A DNA stretch of 64,000 bases from Candidatus Eiseniibacteriota bacterium (GTDB taxonomy: Bacteria > Eisenbacteria > RBG-16-71-46), in NCBI GenBank assembly GCA_044223005.1, contig JBGAML010000011.1, positions 73,169 through 137,168 of the forward strand, read 5' to 3'. Both the position numbers and the translations under genes were made by a program. The notes below the pieces were generated by a model. It saw only the letters and a program-made list of their open reading frames with translations. It searched no databases and had not been told where the DNA came from. Of this stretch, positions 9,051-20,112 are shown in pieces. Position 1 is the stretch's first letter; every line of letters begins with the position of its first letter.

Positions 9051-9277
9051 GCCTGAACGCCCCGATGACCGCGAGCGCGGATCGCGCCCGCACGCTGCCG
9101 GCCTCGCCGGCCGCGCGCCTCGACGCCGCCTCGCGCGCCGTGTCGTCGCTCCGCGAGGAGCAGCGCCGGCTCGAGCGGCTCGGCCTCGAGCTGCCGCTCG
9201 CGCGCTGCCACGAGCAGCTCCGGTTCTGGAACTTCGTGCACGCCGTCTGCTCGCTGGCGCCGGAGGTGCGCGCGTGA
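9047..9277 (+). CDS. small helical hypothetical protein (76 aa)
   Basis: GTGA overlaps at both ends within the operon. Confidence 0.65.
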   Translation: MSLNAPMTASADRARTLPASPAARLDAASRAVSSLREEQRRLERLGLELPLARCHEQLRFWNFVHAVCSLAPEVRA

Positions 9278-10167
9278 GCCGCGACCGCCGCCCGAACGTG
9301 CGCATCGTGCCCACGCCCCCCGTGCCGGCGCCCGCCGTGAGCGAGCACCCGGCGCAGTGGAGCCGCCCGCGCATGCACACGATCGTCGTCACCAGCGGCA
9401 AGGGCGGCGTCGGCAAGAGCAACCTCGCGGCGAACCTCGCGATCGCGCTCGGCGAGCGCGGTGCCCGCGTGCTGCTGCTGGACGGCGACCTCGCCCAGGC
9501 GAACCTCGACCTGCTGCTCGGCCTGCACCCGCGCTTCGACCTGCAGCACGTCCTCGACGGCCAGAAGACGCTCGACGAGATCGTCGTCAACGGCCCCGAG
9601 AACGTGCGGCTCGTCCCGGCCGCCTCGGGCGTGCCCGAGCTGGCCGACCTCGACGACTTTCGCCGCGAGCGGCTCGTGCGCTCGCTCGGCACGATCGACG
9701 CCGGCGCGGACGTGCTCCTGATCGACACCGCGACGGGCGTGTCGCGCCAGACGACCGAGTTCTGCCGCATCGCGAACGAAGTGCTGGTCGTGACGACGCC
9801 GGAGATGCCCGCGTTCTCGGACGCGTACTCGCTCGTCAAGCTGCTGCAGAAGCAGGGCGGGCTGGCGCGCGCACCGCGCCTCGTCGTGAACATGGCGACG
9901 GGGGCGGAGGACGCCGAGGACACCGCGCACCGCATCCGCCTCGTCGCGCGCCGCTTCCTGCAGATCGAGCTCGAGTGCCTGGGCGTGGTGCCGTTCGACC
10001 CGCACGTGCCCCGCGCGGTCCGGCTGCAGGAGCCGGTCCTCACCGCTTTCCCGAAGTCCCCGGCCGCGGCGGCCTATCGCGCCCTGGCCAGCCTGCTGTG
10101 GAAACCGCTGCCGTCCGCCCCGACGTCCGACGAGTCGCCGCTCCCCGCCCAGCGCCTCGAAGCCTAG
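9274..10167 (+). CDS. flhG: MinD/FlhG (FleN)-family ATPase
   Basis: TSGKGGVGKSN, LDGDLAQANLDLLLG, PAASGV, IDTATG, VTTPE..AFSDAYSLVK; adjacent to fliA. Confidence 0.85.
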   Translation: MSRDRRPNVRIVPTPPVPAPAVSEHPAQWSRPRMHTIVVTSGKGGVGKSNLAANLAIALGERGARVLLLDGDLAQANLDLLLGLHPRFDLQHVLDGQKTLDEIVVNGPENVRLVPAASGVPELADLDDFRRERLVRSLGTIDAGADVLLIDTATGVSRQTTEFCRIANEVLVVTTPEMPAFSDAYSLVKLLQKQGGLARAPRLVVNMATGAEDAEDTAHRIRLVARRFLQIELECLGVVPFDPHVPRAVRLQEPVLTAFPKSPAAAAYRALASLLWKPLPSAPTSDESPLPAQRLEA

Positions 10168-10178
10168 GAGGTCTCCCC

Positions 10179-11048
10179 ATGCCCCGCGCCGCCACCCTGA
10201 CCGCTTCGAAGTCCTCGAAGTCCACGACTGCCGCTCGCCGGCCGGCCCTCAAGGTCGTCCCGGGCCGTCGTGCCGCCACCCGTGCGGCCGCGCCGGCCGC
10301 CGCGCCCGCGCCTGCGCCGGTCACGTACAACAAGAACGACCTGCTCAAGCGCTTCGCGCCGCTCGTGCGGCACGTGGTGGAGCGGGTCGCGGCGACGCTG
10401 CCGCGCAACGTGGACCACGAGGACCTCTACTCGGCGGGCGTTCTGGGCCTGCTCGACGCGCATGCGAAGTTCGACACGCGCAAGGGCGTCAAGTTCGAGA
10501 CCTACGCGGTGTGGCGCATCAAGGGTGCGGTGCTCGACCAGCTGCGCGCGCTCGACTGGGCGTCGCGCTCCATGCGGCGCAAGGCGCGCAACCTCGACGG
10601 CGTGACGCGCAAGCTCGACCAGAAGCTCGGCCGCGCGGCGTCGGAAGAGGAAGTGGCGCGCGAGCTGAAGATGTCGCGCAACGACTTCTACCGGCTGCTC
10701 GACCACGTCCGCGGCGCCGTGCTCGTCTCGCTCGACGAGGCGCGCTCGAACGACGGCGAGGACCAGGGCACGCTGGCCGACCACCTCGCCGATCCCAACG
10801 CGCCGGACCTCGAGGAGCGGCTCGCCGAGGACCAGCAGCGGCTGGTGCTGCTGCAGACGATCGACCTGCTCCCCGAGCAGGAGCGGCTGGTGGTGGCGCT
10901 CTACTACTACGAGCACCTGACGCTCAAGGAGATCGGCCGCACGCTGGGCATCTCCGAGTCGCGGGTGTCGCAGGTCCACACGCGGGCGATGACCCGCCTC
11001 AAGCTGCGGGTCGCGAAGGCGATGCACCAGCACGAAGAGGCCGCATGA
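10179..11048 (+). CDS. fliA: FliA/WhiG-family sigma28 factor
   Basis: AGGAGG RBS; DLYSAGVLGLLDA, KFETYAVWRIKGAVLDQLRALDW, LTLKEIGRTLGISESRVSQVH. Confidence 0.95.
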   Translation: MPRAATLTASKSSKSTTAARRPALKVVPGRRAATRAAAPAAAPAPAPVTYNKNDLLKRFAPLVRHVVERVAATLPRNVDHEDLYSAGVLGLLDAHAKFDTRKGVKFETYAVWRIKGAVLDQLRALDWASRSMRRKARNLDGVTRKLDQKLGRAASEEEVARELKMSRNDFYRLLDHVRGAVLVSLDEARSNDGEDQGTLADHLADPNAPDLEERLAEDQQRLVLLQTIDLLPEQERLVVALYYYEHLTLKEIGRTLGISESRVSQVHTRAMTRLKLRVAKAMHQHEEAA

Positions 11049-11437
11049 CGCCTCCACTCATGGCCGGGCCGCCGACGCCCTGGGACGTCCTGCACCAGCG
11101 GCTGCGGCGGGAGGTCGAGGCCGTGCGGGAGCGCGGCGACGAGCCGCAGGCCGCGGCGCTCGCGACGATCCTCGACGACTGGTGGCCGGAACAGCAGGCG
11201 TGGTGCGAGCGGGCGTGCGACGTGCTCGGCGTGCATCACGAGATCAACAACGCACTGGTGGGCATCCGGGGCAACGCGCAGTTGCTCCTCCGCAACCCCG
11301 CGGCATTGCCGGCGGGAATCCGTGAACGACTGGAGGTCGTCCTCCGTGAATCGGGCCGAATCCAAGAAGCGACCAGCCGCCTCCGCGAGCTCAAGACGGG
11401 CCTCGGTGGCCCCGCTTCCGGCGTCCGCGCGGCCTGA
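11045..11437 (+). CDS. stand-alone HisKA/DHp protein lacking ATPase domain (putative phosphotransferase)
   Basis: ATGA coupling; H-box HHEINNALVGIRGNAQLL; 130 aa, no N/G boxes; ends VRAA. Confidence 0.7.
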   Translation: MTPPLMAGPPTPWDVLHQRLRREVEAVRERGDEPQAAALATILDDWWPEQQAWCERACDVLGVHHEINNALVGIRGNAQLLLRNPAALPAGIRERLEVVLRESGRIQEATSRLRELKTGLGGPASGVRAA

Positions 11438-12401
11438 GCGCCGCGAGGCTCCGGAACACGGCGGGCCGCGCGAGCGCAAGCGCGACGCGCGCGGCACGAT
11501 CGAGATCCCGCGCGGTCACGACCGCCGGGCGGCGTCGGGCTGCCTGTGGGACGCCTGCGAGGCGCTGCTGGCGTCGCTGGCGGAGCCCGAGGCGCTGCCG
11601 CGGGCGCTGGACAAGCTGCTCGACGCGTTCGAGTGCGACGGAGTCGCGCTGCACGCGGTCGGGCCGCAGGGCGTGCTCGAACCGTGGTGTGCGCGCGGGG
11701 ACTGGGAGACGGCGCCCGGCGACCTGCGCGAGTGCATCGGCCTGCCGCTCTTCCGTGGGCGCGAGCGCGTCGGGGCGCTCGACCTGCGCGGGCGCAAGGG
11801 CCAGCGCTGGCGGCCGGAGCAGCAGTCGCTCGTGCGCACGGCGTCCGGGGCGCTCGGCGCCGCACTGGGTGCGCGGCTCGAGCTCGAACGGCTGCGGCGC
11901 GCGCCGGGCCGCGACGCGGTCACGGGCCTGCCGGACGCGAAGGCGTTCCACGCACGGCTGCTCGAGGAGTTCGGGCGCGCGCAGCGCAGCGGCCTGCCGC
12001 TCGCGGTCGTGACGCTCGACCTCGATCACTTCGCGGCGCTGAACCAGAAGTACGACCGCGCGACGGGAGACCAGGTCCTCGCCGAGTGCGCGCTCGTGCT
12101 CAAGGTGACGCTGCGCGAGGGCGACTACCTGGCGCGGCTCACGGGCAACGAGTTCGGGATCGTGCTGCCCGACTGCGACCTCGCGCCGGCCCGCCGGCTC
12201 GCGGAGCGGCTGCGGCACGCGGTCGAGGAGCACCGTTTCGCGCGCGCCGGCAAGCTGAGCTGCTCGGCCGGCGTGGCGTCGTCCCCCCGGGACGGCATGG
12301 ATGCGACGGAGTTGCTGGCGGCCGCCGAGCAGGCGCTCGGCGTGGCCAAGAAGGCGGGGCGCCACCGGACGGCGGCGAGCGGTCCCTCGCACACCCACTG
12401 A
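11406..12401 (+). CDS. GAF-like plus degenerate GGDEF protein
   Basis: DAVTGLPD, DLDHFAALN, LREGDYLARLTGNEF, SAGVA; start uncertain (11322 or 11406). Confidence 0.85.
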   Translation: MAPLPASARPERREAPEHGGPRERKRDARGTIEIPRGHDRRAASGCLWDACEALLASLAEPEALPRALDKLLDAFECDGVALHAVGPQGVLEPWCARGDWETAPGDLRECIGLPLFRGRERVGALDLRGRKGQRWRPEQQSLVRTASGALGAALGARLELERLRRAPGRDAVTGLPDAKAFHARLLEEFGRAQRSGLPLAVVTLDLDHFAALNQKYDRATGDQVLAECALVLKVTLREGDYLARLTGNEFGIVLPDCDLAPARRLAERLRHAVEEHRFARAGKLSCSAGVASSPRDGMDATELLAAAEQALGVAKKAGRHRTAASGPSHTH

Positions 12402-12430
12402 GACGATCTCGCGCGGAAGGCGACGCGAAC

Positions 12431-14191
<1,761 letters not shown>

Positions 14192-14298
14192 CACGCGCCG
14201 AGCACGCGACGCGCATCCGTCGCGCGGTCCCGGCGAACGCCGCGGGACCGCGCGACCTCGTTTCGCCCCGGCGGTCGCTCGTCGCTCGCGCTGCGTCC

Positions 14299-14327
14299 TT
14301 GACCCCCGCGCGCGGCACGCGTAGGTT
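14299..14327 (+). promoter_or_regulatory. sigma70-type promoter
   Basis: TTGACC-N17-TAGGTT upstream of ATG 14383. Confidence 0.55.
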
Positions 14328-14382
14328 GCGTCGGGCGTCGCACGAGGCGACGCCGAACAGGCCCGCACCCATCACCCCTCCG

Positions 14383-16149
14383 ATGAGCGCCAGGGACGAC
14401 GCCAGCAGCCTCGAAGCACGATCGCGCGGTCGCCGCGCGTTGACGCTCGCACTCGCCACGCTGGCGGGTGCCGCCGTCGGTGTCGTCGTCGCGCTGCTCG
14501 GAACCCCGGCCGACCGTCCGTTCTTCGAGACCGTCGTCGCCTGGTCGGGCCCCGCGCCCGTCGCCCGCGAGTGGCCGCGCGAGCCGCGCGCCGGCGAATC
14601 CGCGACGCTGCACCCGCGCGCATCGGGTCGCGATCTCGTGCTCCGCACGCCCCGGGCGCCCGAAGCGCGCGAACTGGCGGCCGCGCTGCTCGCGCGCCGC
14701 AACGGCGCGATGGCCGAACTGCTCGACGCCCGCAGCGGCCTGCTGCACGCGTGGCAGGCCGGCGACGTCGCGGGCCCGCGCCTCGAGCGCAGCCCCGCCG
14801 TGCGCACCGCGTCGCTGCTGCTGGCCGCCGCGCGCCAGCGCCGCGGCCAGGCGCTCGCCGCGCCGTCGCGCTGGCGGCCGGCCGACGCCCAGGCACCCGA
14901 TGCCGCCGCGCCGCCGTCGATCGCCGAAGCGCTCGCCGATCTCGAGCGCGCCGCGCTCACGGGTGATGCCGCCGCGACGGCCGACGCGCTGGTCGGCGAG
15001 GCGACGGTGGAGGAGGACTGGTTCGCGTCGCCGTCCGCACCGCGTGAGGGGGCGTGGCGTGCGTGGCAGCTCGACGCGGCGGATTCGCTCGACGCGCTGG
15101 CGGCGCTCGCCGTGGGCGGCCGCGCGAACGCGCTCGATTCGGCGAAGGCGGCCGAGCCGTTCGCGACCGCCGAGCTCGCCGGCCGCATGCCGCCGCCCTA
15201 CGACGGCCTGCTGCGCGCGATCGCCCCGGGCCCGGCGCCCGAGGCGAGCGCGATCGCTTCGGCGTGGGGCCGCTGGCTCGGCATGGGCGCGCTGCTGGGC
15301 GGCCTCGTCTCGCTGCTCGCGGCGCTCGCGGGCTTCGCGCTGCGTGCCCCGCGGACGCGTCCCGAGCCGCGCGTGCCCGTCACCGCGCTCTCGCTGCGCG
15401 ATCCGGCGGCGCGTGGCGCGTGGCTGCACGTGGTCGCCGGGCCGACGCCCGCCGCGATCGCGCGTGCGGCGCTCGAGCTGGCCTCGCACGCGCTGGCGCG
15501 CGGCGAGCGCGTGCTCGTGGTCGACGGTGGCCCGAAGCTGCGCCTGCACGAGCGCTTCGGCCGCGAGGCGCGCTGGGGCCTCATGGAGTGCCTGCTCGCG
15601 GACATGCCGATCATCGGCTTGATCCAGTACGGCGGCCGCCCGGGCTTCTACCTGCTGGCCCACGGCAACCCGGCCCGCGGCGAGGGCTGGGCAGCCCTTG
15701 GCCAGCGCCTGGACGACGCCCGCCCGCACTTTGGCCGGGTGATCCTGGCGCTCGATTCCGGCGCCCCCCGGGCGATCGGGGATGCCCTCGCCGGACGGGC
15801 CCTCGAGGGCTGGTGGGCGGCGACGGTCGAGCGGCTGCCCCGGGCCGCGGACGACCTCACGGCGCGGCTCGGTATCGCGTTCTCCAGCTTGGACTTGTCG
15901 GCCGTCGAGGAAGTGTCGCTGCAGGCCCTGGGCGAGCGGGTCGGGGTGCTGATCGAGCACCGTCCGGCCGAGCCCGATGCGCCCGTCGCGATGCTCCCCG
16001 TGGCCCTGCCGGAACCCCTGCCGACGGCGCCCTTGGAGCCGGTCGTTCTGGACTGCGACTTGCAAGTCCAGCAGCGGCTGCGCTTCCTGGCGTGGATGCG
16101 CCGGGTGCAGTCGGAACGCCGTCGCAGCGAGGTCGGCTCGGCCAGCTGA
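14383..16149 (+). CDS. Wzc/CapB-like membrane protein with degenerate P-loop domain
   Basis: Two TM segments flanking a helical region, then ALELASHALARGERVLVVDG..LRLHERFG...GLMECL; no Walker A. Confidence 0.55.
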   Translation: MSARDDASSLEARSRGRRALTLALATLAGAAVGVVVALLGTPADRPFFETVVAWSGPAPVAREWPREPRAGESATLHPRASGRDLVLRTPRAPEARELAAALLARRNGAMAELLDARSGLLHAWQAGDVAGPRLERSPAVRTASLLLAAARQRRGQALAAPSRWRPADAQAPDAAAPPSIAEALADLERAALTGDAAATADALVGEATVEEDWFASPSAPREGAWRAWQLDAADSLDALAALAVGGRANALDSAKAAEPFATAELAGRMPPPYDGLLRAIAPGPAPEASAIASAWGRWLGMGALLGGLVSLLAALAGFALRAPRTRPEPRVPVTALSLRDPAARGAWLHVVAGPTPAAIARAALELASHALARGERVLVVDGGPKLRLHERFGREARWGLMECLLADMPIIGLIQYGGRPGFYLLAHGNPARGEGWAALGQRLDDARPHFGRVILALDSGAPRAIGDALAGRALEGWWAATVERLPRAADDLTARLGIAFSSLDLSAVEEVSLQALGERVGVLIEHRPAEPDAPVAMLPVALPEPLPTAPLEPVVLDCDLQVQQRLRFLAWMRRVQSERRRSEVGSAS

Positions 16150-16342
16150 GCCGTTCGCGTCGCGACGCCGGAAGGGACCCGCTCCACGGAACGGAGCGCG
16201 TCGCGTCGCACGTGGTTCTCGCGCGAGTCGCGCGTTCCCGCCCTGCCTCGATCGATCGGCACGGCCGGAGCCCGGGACGTCGCGCGGAGCGGGCCTCGGG
16301 GCCCGGACCGCATGCGGCGTGGCGGCACGACTCGAGGATCGT

Positions 16343-17350
16343 TTGCACGCACCCACGCGCGTCCTGCTCGTGGAGCACCTGGACGCCATCGGCGCCGCAC
16401 CCGCGGACGCCCGCCTGCGCACGCACGCGTTGCGCGCGGCCGGCTACGCCGTCGAAGGTCTCGTCGTCGGCAGCGAGCGCGCCGACGACCTGCTCTTCCC
16501 GCTGCAGGAGCGCCGCGTCGGCACGGGCTTCGACGTGCTCGAATCGAGCACCGCGGGACTCGCCCAGTTGCGCTCGCGCGTGAGCGCGAGCCGCGCGGGG
16601 CTCGTGCTGTGGGCGAGCGCGACGCCGGGCGGTGGCGACGCCGCGCGCGTGCTGCCGGGCGACCGGCCGGCGCGCTGGTGGCCGACGGGCTTCGCGCCCG
16701 AGCGCATGCTCGCGGGACCGCTCGCGCCGCTGGATGCGTCGTTCGCGCCGCTCGCGGGTGGCGCGCTGCCCGACGACGACGAGCGCCGCCGGCTCTCGCT
16801 CTGGGACGGGCCCTACGCGCTCGTGGTGGCGCCGCCGGCGGCGGCGACCGCGGCCGCGCTGATCGAAGCGTTCGCCGAGGCGACCACCGATCGCGAGGAG
16901 ACGGACCTCGTCGTGCTGGACCATCCCGCGCCCGCGCTCGAAGCGCTCGCGCGCCGCACGGGCGTCGCGCAGCGCGTGCACTTCGTGGGGCCCGCGCCGC
17001 GCGAGGCCGAATACGCGTGGCTCGGCAGTGCCGCGCTCGCGCTGGTGCCCGGCGACCAGCCGCTCGCGGGCGGGCTGCTGCTGCGCGCGCTGGCCGCGGG
17101 CTGCCCGCTGCTGCCGGTGGGCGAGGCGGCGCGGCCGCTCGGTGCGTGGCTCGCGGCGCAGGGACTCGCGTGGCGCGCGAGCGGCACGAGCGTTTCGGCG
17201 GCGATCGAGGCCGCGCTCGAGCGAGAGGCCGCGGTCGCGGACGCGAGCGCGCGGGGGCGCGAGCTGGCGCGCGCGCACGGCCCGCAGGCCCTCACGGCAC
17301 GGCTGGCCGCGGTGCTCGACGGCGGCGCGGCCGAGCGGCGGGCGGCGTGA
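16343..17350 (+). CDS. divergent GT-B (group 1) glycosyltransferase-like protein
   Basis: LIEAFA...LEALARRTGVAQRVHFVG...LLRALAAGCPLL; TTG start inferred; ends RRAA. Confidence 0.65.
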   Translation: MHAPTRVLLVEHLDAIGAAPADARLRTHALRAAGYAVEGLVVGSERADDLLFPLQERRVGTGFDVLESSTAGLAQLRSRVSASRAGLVLWASATPGGGDAARVLPGDRPARWWPTGFAPERMLAGPLAPLDASFAPLAGGALPDDDERRRLSLWDGPYALVVAPPAAATAAALIEAFAEATTDREETDLVVLDHPAPALEALARRTGVAQRVHFVGPAPREAEYAWLGSAALALVPGDQPLAGGLLLRALAAGCPLLPVGEAARPLGAWLAAQGLAWRASGTSVSAAIEAALEREAAVADASARGRELARAHGPQALTARLAAVLDGGAAERRAA

Positions 17351-17448
17351 TTGCGCTTCCCGCAATGGCCGTCTAGGCTTTTCGTGAACGAGTCTCGGCT
17401 CCCCGCGACGGGGGCCGCGAGTGGACCTGGCGAACGAGGAGGAGCAGC

Positions 17449-18387
17449 GTGCGCATCCTGGTGACCGGCGGTGCGGGATTCATCGGTTCGAACGTCGTCG
17501 ACCGTTTCGTGGCGCTGGGCCACGAGGTCGCCGTGTTCGACAACCTCTCGTCGGGCTTCCGCGAGTTCGTGAACCCGAAGGCCAAGTTCTACGAAGGCGA
17601 CCTCGCCGACGCCGGAGCGGTCGAGCGCAGCGTCGCCGACTTCCGCCCCGACATCGTGGACCACCACGCCGCGCAGATCGACGTGCGCAAGTCCGTCGCC
17701 GATCCCGCGTTCGACGCCATGGTCAACGTCGTCGGCTCGATCGGCCTGCTGCAGGCCTGCCAGCGCCACGGCGTGCGCAAGGTCGTCTACGCGTCCACCG
17801 GCGGCGCGCTCTACGGCGAAGGCCGCTTCCTGCCCGCGACCGAGGACCACCCGGTGAACCCGGAGGCCCCGTACGGCGCGAGCAAGCACACGGTGGAGCA
17901 CTACCTCTACATCTGGAAGCTGCTCCACGGTCTCGACTACACCGTGCTGCGCTACCCCAACGTCTACGGCCCGCGCCAGAACCCGCACGGCGAGGCCGGC
18001 GTGAACGCGATCTTCATCGGCCTCATGCTCGAGGGGAAGCGCCCGCGCATCTTCGGCGACGGCAACGCCGTCCGCGACTACCTCTACGTGGACGACGTCG
18101 TCGAGGGCAACGTGCTCGCGCTCGAGAAGGGCAGCGGCGAGATGGTGAACCTCGGCACCGGCGTGGGCACGAGCGTCAACGACATCGTGCGCGAGTTGCA
18201 GAAGATCACGGGCTTCACGGAAGGCGCGATCCACGACGCCGCCCGCCCCGGCGAGGTGCAGAAGATCTACCTCGACGCGACGCGCGCGAAGCAGGTCCTC
18301 GGCTGGGAGCCGAAGATCTCGTTCGCCGAAGGCCTGCGCCGCACGGTGGACTGGTCGCGACACAACAAGCTGCCCGAGAAGCACTGA
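17449..18387 (+). CDS. NAD-dependent nucleotide-sugar epimerase (UDP-glucose 4-epimerase-like SDR)
   Basis: TGGAGFIGS, YGASK, LRYPNVYGPRQ, RDYLYVDD. Confidence 0.93.
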   Translation: MRILVTGGAGFIGSNVVDRFVALGHEVAVFDNLSSGFREFVNPKAKFYEGDLADAGAVERSVADFRPDIVDHHAAQIDVRKSVADPAFDAMVNVVGSIGLLQACQRHGVRKVVYASTGGALYGEGRFLPATEDHPVNPEAPYGASKHTVEHYLYIWKLLHGLDYTVLRYPNVYGPRQNPHGEAGVNAIFIGLMLEGKRPRIFGDGNAVRDYLYVDDVVEGNVLALEKGSGEMVNLGTGVGTSVNDIVRELQKITGFTEGAIHDAARPGEVQKIYLDATRAKQVLGWEPKISFAEGLRRTVDWSRHNKLPEKH

Positions 18388-18463
18388 GCTGTTGCAACCG
18401 ACGGCGCCCGGGCTCCCTGCGAGCCCGGGCGCCGTTCGCGTTCCGGCCAGCCGCCGCGCTAGC

Positions 18464-18892
18464 ATGGGTCTCATGAGCACGCCCGAACGCTTCCGGCTCG
18501 AAATCGTCGTGCAGCCGGAGGACATCGACGAGCAGGGGCACGTGAACAACGTGGTGTTCCTGCGCTACGTGCAGGACGTGGCGACCGCGCACTGGAAGAC
18601 GCGCGCGCGGCCCGAGGACCAGGCGGCGCTCGTGTGGGTCGTCGTGCGGCACGAGATCGAGTACAAGCGCCAGGCGTTCCTGGGCGACACGCTGGTCGCC
18701 GAGACCTGGGTCGGGCCGGCCTCGCGCCGCACGTTCGAGCGCAACACGCGCATCACGCAGGCCGCGGATGGCAAGCTCTGCGTCGAAGCCCGCACCCTGT
18801 GGTGCCCGCTCGATGCGACGACGCTGCGCCCCACCGAACCGAGCGCCGAGGTGCGCGAGCGCTTCGCGGTGCCGGGGATGTTGGAGCGATAG
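18464..18892 (+). CDS. hotdog-fold acyl-CoA thioesterase (4HBT family)
   Basis: DIDEQGHVNNVVFLRY, RHEIEYKRQAFLGD. Confidence 0.9.
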   Translation: MGLMSTPERFRLEIVVQPEDIDEQGHVNNVVFLRYVQDVATAHWKTRARPEDQAALVWVVVRHEIEYKRQAFLGDTLVAETWVGPASRRTFERNTRITQAADGKLCVEARTLWCPLDATTLRPTEPSAEVRERFAVPGMLER

Positions 18893-18906
18893 AAGGCGGT
18901 GCGAGT

Positions 18907-19662
18907 ATGGCTGCGCGGGAGCCGAGGAGATCGTCGTACACGAGAGGTCAGACGAGACCGGGCATCGTCCTATGGGGAGCCGTGCTCGCTCTGTGCGCCG
19001 CGACGACCCCAGCCTGCGCCTGCGAACCCATCTTGCCGTTCATGCAGCTCAGTTTCCCGGCGGTCGGATTTACCGGGTCGGGCGCCGCGCTCGCCGTTGT
19101 CGTCGCGGCCAAGTCGATTCTCTTCATCTTCTTCTGTCGCGGCCTGACAGCGCGTCGGGCCGCGGCATTCATGTTCCTGGGGAACGTCCTGACCAGCGTG
19201 GTTGGAGGCGTGGCCGCGATCATGATCGGCAACACGAGCCTCTGGCTTCTCGGCATTCCGCTCGTGTTCCTGCTGAGCTGGCTGCCGTCCAAGCGACTTT
19301 CAGCCGAACTGGGTGCGAGGTGGGGACGTCGTTGGCCGCGTGGGCTCGTTGCTGCGGTGATGACGGGTCTCCTGGTCGCGAGTTGCGCGCTTTTCGCGAT
19401 GAGCGGAGCAGCGGCAGAGGCCGGAAACAGCGCGGCCTACTGGGTGATCAAGCTGGCCGCCATCTACGCGGGTGTCATTGCGAGCCTCGCACTGACGACG
19501 GTTTGGGAAGAGTGGGCGATCTGGAGACTCGCGGGCTCCATTCCGGGCGCCGGCTACTTTCCTGCGGTCACGCGAACGAACCTCTACGTTCTGCTGGCGC
19601 TGGCGGCGTTCGGCGCGGTCACCATGCTGCCTCAAGCGCTCAAGGACATTGCCTTCTGGTGA
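18907..19662 (+). CDS. multi-pass membrane hypothetical protein
   Basis: Several hydrophobic segments; codon usage less GC-biased than neighbours. Confidence 0.7.
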   Translation: MAAREPRRSSYTRGQTRPGIVLWGAVLALCAATTPACACEPILPFMQLSFPAVGFTGSGAALAVVVAAKSILFIFFCRGLTARRAAAFMFLGNVLTSVVGGVAAIMIGNTSLWLLGIPLVFLLSWLPSKRLSAELGARWGRRWPRGLVAAVMTGLLVASCALFAMSGAAAEAGNSAAYWVIKLAAIYAGVIASLALTTVWEEWAIWRLAGSIPGAGYFPAVTRTNLYVLLALAAFGAVTMLPQALKDIAFW

Positions 19663-19848
19663 GCCGATCTTGATGGCCGCCTGAATCCCATCGACGGCCG
19701 GCTGATCGCGGTCACGCAGCACGCGAGCTGAGCGATTCCCCTGTTCGGGCTCGCGCGGCCGGCTCGAACGCCAACGTGTCAGATGTCAAATTCACTTGCC
19801 CCGGGGCAAGTTGTCCTGCCCTCTGCCGGACATTCCGCGAGCGGCCAA

Positions 19849-19915
19849 CGCAATCGGGCGGCGCCGACATCGGCGGCGCCCGTTCGCGTTCGCGCGAGCC
19901 CGGCTACCAGATCCG
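19849..19915 (-). repeat. displaced copy of M13 peptidase 3' end (RIW-stop) plus terminator
   Basis: 19855-19889 matches 20728-20762 at 33/35; CTACCAGATCCG(19904-19915) vs TCACCAGATCCG(20775-20786). Confidence 0.75.
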
Positions 19916-20112
19916 TGGAGTACTCCGCGATCCTGAGGTCACGAATTGTGGCAGGATACCCGGTCCACGGAGGATCCAGCATGCGGAAGAGCCGGTTCTC
20001 GGACAAGCAGATCGTGGCCATCGTGCGCGATCGCGAGCGCGTGACGGTCGAGCAGTGCGCGAAGAAGCATGGGGTCACGCCGACGACTGTGTTCCGCGTT
20101 GGGGGAGCTTGA
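19916..20112 (+). mobile_element. IS3-family remnant (probable left end plus truncated OrfA 19981-20112)
   Basis: GGAGG then MRKSRFSDKQIVAIVRD...VEQCAKKHGVTPTTVF resembles IS3 OrfA HTH; stops at 43 aa; TG at putative left end. Confidence 0.7.
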
